DNA of 64,000 bases from Marsupella aquatica (taxonomy: Eukaryota > Plantae > Marchantiophyta). Below are positions 63,000-64,000 of the stretch, one piece after another. The notes beneath the pieces are model-generated. The model was not told the origin of the DNA. It did no database searches and was given only the letters and a program-made list of their open reading frames with translations. A program made the translations under genes and the position numbers. The stretch is taken from contig OZ316893.1 of NCBI GenBank assembly GCA_973895155.1, forward strand, positions 12,850,359 to 12,914,358. Direction: 5' to 3'. Position 1 is the first letter of the stretch, and every line of letters begins with the position of its first letter.

Positions 63000-64000
63000 C
63001 GAAGCCCGAAACCGATTTTAGTTGAAGAGGACTAAGCTGCTCCAGAGTGGATTATTCCAGAGTCCAACACCCATGATAATCGTCATTTGGAAAGCAAATT
63101 TAGTGGGTGAATGGTTACTCAGGGGAAAATCAGCAAAACGGAAGGTGTTGAAACCGGCTTCATCTCTTCCTAGCTATAAGCGAATTCCTTTCTGACCCAA
63201 ACTATGTTTCAGCTGGCTAACGTAACCTCTCAGACTCCACAATCGTTCCAGCAAGTCTAGGGTATTGTGTTGTATCCTAGCTTTTTAAGAGGACGTCGTT
63301 TCCATTGGGGTACATGTGTATCCACTTTCACATGGAGTATTCTCAAAGAGATTTGGAGAGTAAGAATATTCCTTTCCAGAGCGGTCTGGTGAGCTGACTT
63401 GAAGGCATGTTACAACAAGTTGGGAGGGTTTGCTTTCAATACTCCGTGCAAGGCCTGTGTCATACACGAACATTTGAAGTGATTCCCTTTGAGTACCTGG
63501 AAATGGGACCCGGAGAATCGAAGGGGAACTTGCTGACGCCTCCATTTTTTAGCGGGGTAGATGAAGAATATCAGTTGGAATTCAGTTGTTTCTTGCTGAT
63601 TGAAGCGTCCCCAATATTCCTCATATTCAGGGAATTCATGCAGGCTGGTCCTCTTCACCAGTTCTGGCTGTGTGACATGTGGAGATGTGGAATCGACCCT
63701 GCTGCGAATGATACCAAAATTGAATGGAGGACTGCCAATTATCGCTAAGGTAGATGGTTTGCCTGCTGCTTGTGCTTCTTTTCCTTCGCTGGAGTTTGTG
63801 GAGCAGCATTGTGAGCGTAAATCTTTCCTTGATAGATTCACTTGAGTTTCCGCTACATATATGATTCTGATGTGAACTTTATTACTCTGTACTCTCAAGC
63901 TCATAGAACAGCCACACAATACATCAACAATTGTTTTCCGTGTCACCGGTCCACCGTATGGAGAGTCGCCTATATTTTCAAAGCAGACGGAGAGAGACTT
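63000..64000 (-). pseudogene. Degraded LINE ORF2 fragment inside the thioredoxin gene intron
   Basis: Broken frames with weak post-RT LINE-like patches (KNGGV ~63545, LWKG ~63380); no intact motif. Confidence 0.25.

Overview
Land-plant nuclear DNA with GT-AG introns and many transposable elements; a bryophyte/liverwort origin is my inference only. Host genes: two 2-exon LPR1/CotA-type multicopper oxidase paralogs (201-2489 and 30083-32310), a 9-exon malectin-like/LRR/TM receptor-like protein (52169-57901, minus) and the first coding exon of a secreted thioredoxin-domain protein (from 62539). Mobile DNA: an intact, very young Ty1/copia element (20720-25900; identical 301-bp LTRs, CAACC TSD), a non-autonomous Helitron carrying a 35-bp minisatellite (32572-35027), MITEs, SINE-like copies and LINE remnants. 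The main find is a 12.5-kb Sola-like DNA transposon (36481-48994; 25-bp TIRs, 4-bp CTAC TSD). Besides its DDE transposase it carries, on the opposite strand, a spliced gene for a ParB-like plus beta-class N4/N6 DNA-methyltransferase-like protein and an FCP1-like HAD phosphatase. It also holds about 13 copies of a 17-bp palindrome (CTCGAGAnnnTCTCGAG), concentrated in introns and 5' regions. This may be a transposon-encoded sequence-specific binding or anti-silencing system (parS-like or VANC-like); that function is a hypothesis. All domain calls come from motifs recognised by eye, not from database searches.
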